A stretch of DNA of 64,000 bases, taken from positions 2,666,001-2,730,000 of the forward strand of contig CP089279.1 in assembly GCA_023920165.1 (NCBI GenBank). Direction: 5' to 3'. A program made the translations under genes and the position numbers. Numbering within the stretch: position 1 is the stretch's first letter; the number at the start of each line of letters is the position of its first letter. This DNA comes from Curvularia clavata. Its lineage: Eukaryota. Shown in pieces: positions 60,147 through 64,000 of this stretch. The notes beneath the pieces are model-generated. The model worked only from the letters and a program-made list of their open reading frames with translations, was not told the DNA's origin and did no database searches.

Positions 60147-61133
60147 TCAGTCTTCCCTCCACTTGACATCGCACCAAACCCCCAGATGATCACTAAACTG
60201 CACCTTTGACCCCGACTCCACCCCCTCAACCACCATCTCCCCACTACAGCACTCCACCATTTTCGTCCCCAAAATCCCCACAGCTGAAGGCGTAAGTCCT
60301 AACATCGCAACTTTATCCAACCTATTTGGCGGAAAAACTTGTTCACCATGCACACCCCACGTATACCCTGGGTCATTCGACTGAAGACATACCCACGCAT
60401 CAACAAGCCCATTCGTACTTACAAGATCCTCGTCTTCGCGGAGAAGGGGATTGAAGTCTCCAGCGATGACCCCACGGCCCGCTCCGAGCAGGTACGACGT
60501 ACAGATAGTGAGCTGTTGTGGCCTGAGCGACGGATTTATGGGTAGAGAGTCCAAGTGCACATTGATAAGTCTTATCCGGAGTGACCTTTTACCAGCGCTA
60601 TGCTTAGATGAAGGATTAAAGATGACATCACAGCAGAGCGCGTTGCGGCCGAAGCGACTTGGCAGTGCCGCTCTCCAGATTGCACCTAGTTGGAGATCGT
60701 TTATAGCGACCCAACTTTTGGACACGAGGGTGATATTGATGAATTTTTGGCTGCCAAAAGCGGAGATATCAATGTCGCTGGTGTACCAAGTTTTCTGCAC
60801 CCAGGAGTTTTCAAGTAGAGTTTTGAGCGCATCTCGGGATACTTCTTGTAGGAAGAGGACGTCTGCGGCTGCTGTGGTTTGGATAACGTGAAGAAGGGCA
60901 GACATGCGAGATTTTGGGAGCGGTGCGTCTGCATTCACGTTCCACGTTACCAGACGGAATGAGCCTATCCATTGATTTTCAGTGTCGGGTTGAGAAGTTT
61001 TGTTAATGAAATATGGTATCCAGTGTTCTTGGTCGAAGTGGTACCACTGCTGGAAGCTAGGCGTTGCTGCCGTCATTGGCAAAGGCGTCTGTTGCCACCA
61101 TGATTGAATGTGGCTGCGCATTCGCGATAGCAT
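60147..61133 (-). CDS. Endonuclease/exonuclease/phosphatase, TDP2-like
   Basis: Intronless; ATG at 61133. LVTWNV, DVLFLQEV, NVHLDS, IAGDFN, DAW, GYTW, RLDKV, SDHLG. Confidence 0.9.
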   Translation of the reverse strand: MLSRMRSHIQSWWQQTPLPMTAATPSFQQWYHFDQEHWIPYFINKTSQPDTENQWIGSFRLVTWNVNADAPLPKSRMSALLHVIQTTAAADVLFLQEVSRDALKTLLENSWVQKTWYTSDIDISAFGSQKFINITLVSKSWVAINDLQLGAIWRAALPSRFGRNALCCDVIFNPSSKHSAGKRSLRIRLINVHLDSLPINPSLRPQQLTICTSYLLGAGRGVIAGDFNPLLREDEDLVSTNGLVDAWVCLQSNDPGYTWGVHGEQVFPPNRLDKVAMLGLTPSAVGILGTKMVECCSGEMVVEGVESGSKVQFSDHLGVWCDVKWRED

Positions 61134-62789
61134 GGCGAAGTCGAATGTTTGGTATTCGTGGGAGGCCGTGAAATGAAGTAGGGTGGATTTCTCGTTAGTG
61201 TAGCGGTAGAGTAAGGTGAAGCTGTAGTTGGCGCAGGAGTGAAAGGCAAGGAGAGCCAGCAGCCTACAACATATGCTCACAAACTATGAAGAAGTTAATA
61301 TGGCGTGCTCGTAGCTATGATAAGGTAACGTTAATACTATATGTGCCACCTATACAGTACCAAAATATCTACTGTAGGAGGCCAGAGCTCCCAATAAAAT
61401 CGTACAATTTTGGAGAAAGTATGTTCATAAGTCGTAGCAGATTACTATCAGCTGGAACTTCTTGAGCAGATTCATTTTCTAGCCGCGCGTGGTAGTATGA
61501 GTAGCAGACTGAGGCTGACGCACGTAGCTGGGTCCGGATTCTAGACAATCTTGGGGGCTTGTAGTTGCCAGGACTCTCCCTTCCTGACCTGCACATCACA
61601 AGGCAAACCACTCACTTTGCGTACGTGTCCCAGCGCAAAATTAGGTATGACATCCTATACATGTGACAAACAACTGCACTGTAGCTGACAAAAGTGCTTG
61701 CTGCTCCTTCACAGGGAAACAACAACCATCCATTATTTAATCACTTCGGGGTTCAAATACCTGACTGGTCACAGTGCTCAAACCCGCGCAACATCCCAAG
61801 CCCCAGTCACAGGCCTAGATACTTTTACAATGCGACCTAACATAATTGTTCGAGCGGTCTCATACGTCCATGCCGTTGCAGCTACTGCTTATCTACGCCT
61901 CTTAGTGCCAGAGAGATTGTGTGGCTCTCGACCTGTGCCCCGCGGAACAACAGGGAAATTTCGATAGTCAATGACGGTTTGGCGATACACCTCCATGCTC
62001 AACAGCTACACGGGGACTATGGAGGACGAACGAAGCGTACAACTGACAGGTGCTGTGGCGCTGTCTGGATGGTGTTCGATTCGGTTTTGTCTACTTACGG
62101 CACTACGTGTAGCAGAATCTGTGGGGCATTTGCGGGGTACTTAGCGTCCTCCTTGCTCCGCAAAATCTGGGGTGGCTATGCGCCGTCTCGGCTTCATCAC
62201 ACTAGGTCGTTATTGTTTGATTGACCACGAAACATGGCGAGACGATGCTTGTGTCCTCGCCTCGCTCAAGCATGCCAAGCTGAATGATATTCGGCTCTGC
62301 GGTCTCTCGGAGCGTTCCAGCACAGGCTAAATACGCACCAGTCTGTGATATACATATGTTGGGATTTTATTGTGGTCCGGCGTCTTTTTCAAACACACGG
62401 ATGTGCTACCGCCTTCCTGTTACAAGTCCACGTGCGGCATAGGGCCGTTTCCCCAACTCTGACTTGGGGAAACATGCAACGTGCCGGCCGCATTCTGTGG
62501 GGCTCAACTGTAAACTAAGGCGACAAGTATGCGGGGGCTTCGCTAAGACCACACATCTTGGACACTGAGGCCCAGCTGGGGCATGTCACTCTTAGCTGGT
62601 TAACGACGGGGGTCTTGCAGGGTGACTAGGGGACTGCACATCCTTATTAACGCACGGTTTGCCCCAGATTTCCGCCCATCTGACAACAACCTCTGGAAGT
62701 GGTCAGCTTCTTTCCTCCACGTCTCTATATTCTTCAGTACCTTTGTATTAATATCTCCTATTCCCAGGTCACCGGTATAGTGGTACACC

Positions 62790-64000
62790 ATGGGGTTCCT
62801 AGGAATTGCCGAGGACAAGCATCTCGCCCATGTCCCTGCGACAGTCATCTTGAGCGAGGAGCAAAATCCTCTTACCGTCGTGCCTGAAGGAACAGCTCCT
62901 GCAGGACTAAAACGTGGTACTGGAAAGGATGCGGACATCATCCTAATCCCGCAACCGTAGGTCGTGGCGAACGAGCGAGAAGGCTACAGGACTAACGAAG
63001 CGCAGATCCGAAGATCCAAACGATCCATTGAATTGGTCTTACACGCGGAAATTGACCATCATGATCATCATCGCATACGGTTCAGTACTATATGCTGCCG
63101 TACTTTCCCCTCTCCTGTCGCCAGCATTGGTCGTCATCGCACAAGACTTTAAGAAGCCCGTTGGTGACATTACGGTCATTTCAGGATACATGCTGCTAGT
63201 CACCGGAGGCGTTGGACCTATAGTCAGTGCTTTGTCTCGCAAGTATGGAAAGCGTCCTCAGCTTCTGATTGCTTCTCTCTTTGGCCTGCTTGGCACGATC
63301 ATCGCCAGTGCTGTGAACAGCTACGAGGGCCTGCTGGCAGGACGCATCATCCAAGGTGGCTCGGTGTAAGTTCAGCGCGTACACATCTCTCGGACATGCT
63401 GACAGTTACCAGATCTGCTTTCGAATCTCTCGTTGTTTCCATGATTGGTGACCTCTACTTTGTGCACCAGCGCGGAGGTTTCATGACGTTGATCCAGTTC
63501 ATCCTTGGAGCTACCTCAAACTTCTCGGCCATTATTGTCGGACCTATCGCAACGAACCTTGGATGGCGCTACCTCTTCCATATGCTCATCCCCTTTGTCG
63601 CCCTTGAGGTGATCCTGCTCTACTTCTTCGTTCCCGAAACAAATTACAACCGCGACCATCGTTACGACATTGACGAGCTGTCCAACGAGAACCTAGCCGA
63701 ACTTGCTGCCGTCGAAGAGAAACGAGCTACTAGAATTGAGAGAGAAAGAAGCGATGACTTGGAAAAGCTCGGCACAACGACCACCACAGCTTCTACCATA
63801 CCCCCGCGGAAGACCTATGTCCAACAGCTAGCCATTTTTACGGGAACCTACTCCAACGACAACCTCTTCCAACTTGTCATTGCACCTTTCGCTGTCTGCA
63901 CCAACCTGGCTGTTTTGTGGATGGTCATTGTAACTGGAGGCTTAACTGCTTTCTTCGTCGCCCAGTCCTACGTCATGGCACAGATCTTCCAGGCGCCTCC
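62790..64000 (+). CDS. MFS transporter (Hol1-like DHA1 subgroup), truncated by window end
   Basis: Exons 62790-62956, 63006-63365 and 63413-end. HVPATV, LIPQPSEDPNDPLNW, KYGKRP, GRIIQG, IGDLYFVHQRG, LGWRY, VPET. Confidence 0.92.

Noticed and set aside
62401..62789. Hol1-type polyamine-sensing uORF ending in Pro-Ser-stop
   Set aside because: Short upstream ORFs exist (e.g. MSLLAG*) but none ends in PS*, and the TSS is unknown.

Overview
Eukaryotic, intron-containing genomic DNA from a filamentous ascomycete (Pezizomycotina; a Dothideomycete/Pleosporales-like origin is an inference from protein style). The window holds about 27 protein genes and two tRNA genes (tRNA-Lys(TTT) and intron-containing tRNA-Leu(CAA)). 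Housekeeping loci are an Rpr2/Rpp21-family RNase P/MRP subunit (partial), SUB2/UAP56, an Svl3-like ketopantoate-reductase-fold protein, glucokinase, RFC5, an MRS2-family Mg transporter, RPL43, LAS17/WASP, PrpD, CNL1 and a ferric reductase. Accessory-type genes are a 2EXR protein, a MARVEL protein, a sterol-glucosyltransferase-like GT1, a HET-domain protein, MFS transporters and a Zn2Cys6 factor. I saw no transposon, rRNA or biosynthetic backbone gene. Best leads: (1) the 430-nt first coding intron of SUB2 folds into a long nested RNA structure that sequesters a cryptic cassette exon and alternative donor, a candidate helicase-sensing autoregulatory element; (2) an in-frame upstream AUG adds a 116-aa extension with a transmembrane segment to glucokinase; (3) the Zn2Cys6 gene has two in-frame splice choices that change the zinc-cluster spacing, plus a GC-AG intron; (4) there are recurring orientation-independent C-rich to G-rich skew flips. 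All gene models were built by eye from splice signals and reading frames; no searches were run.
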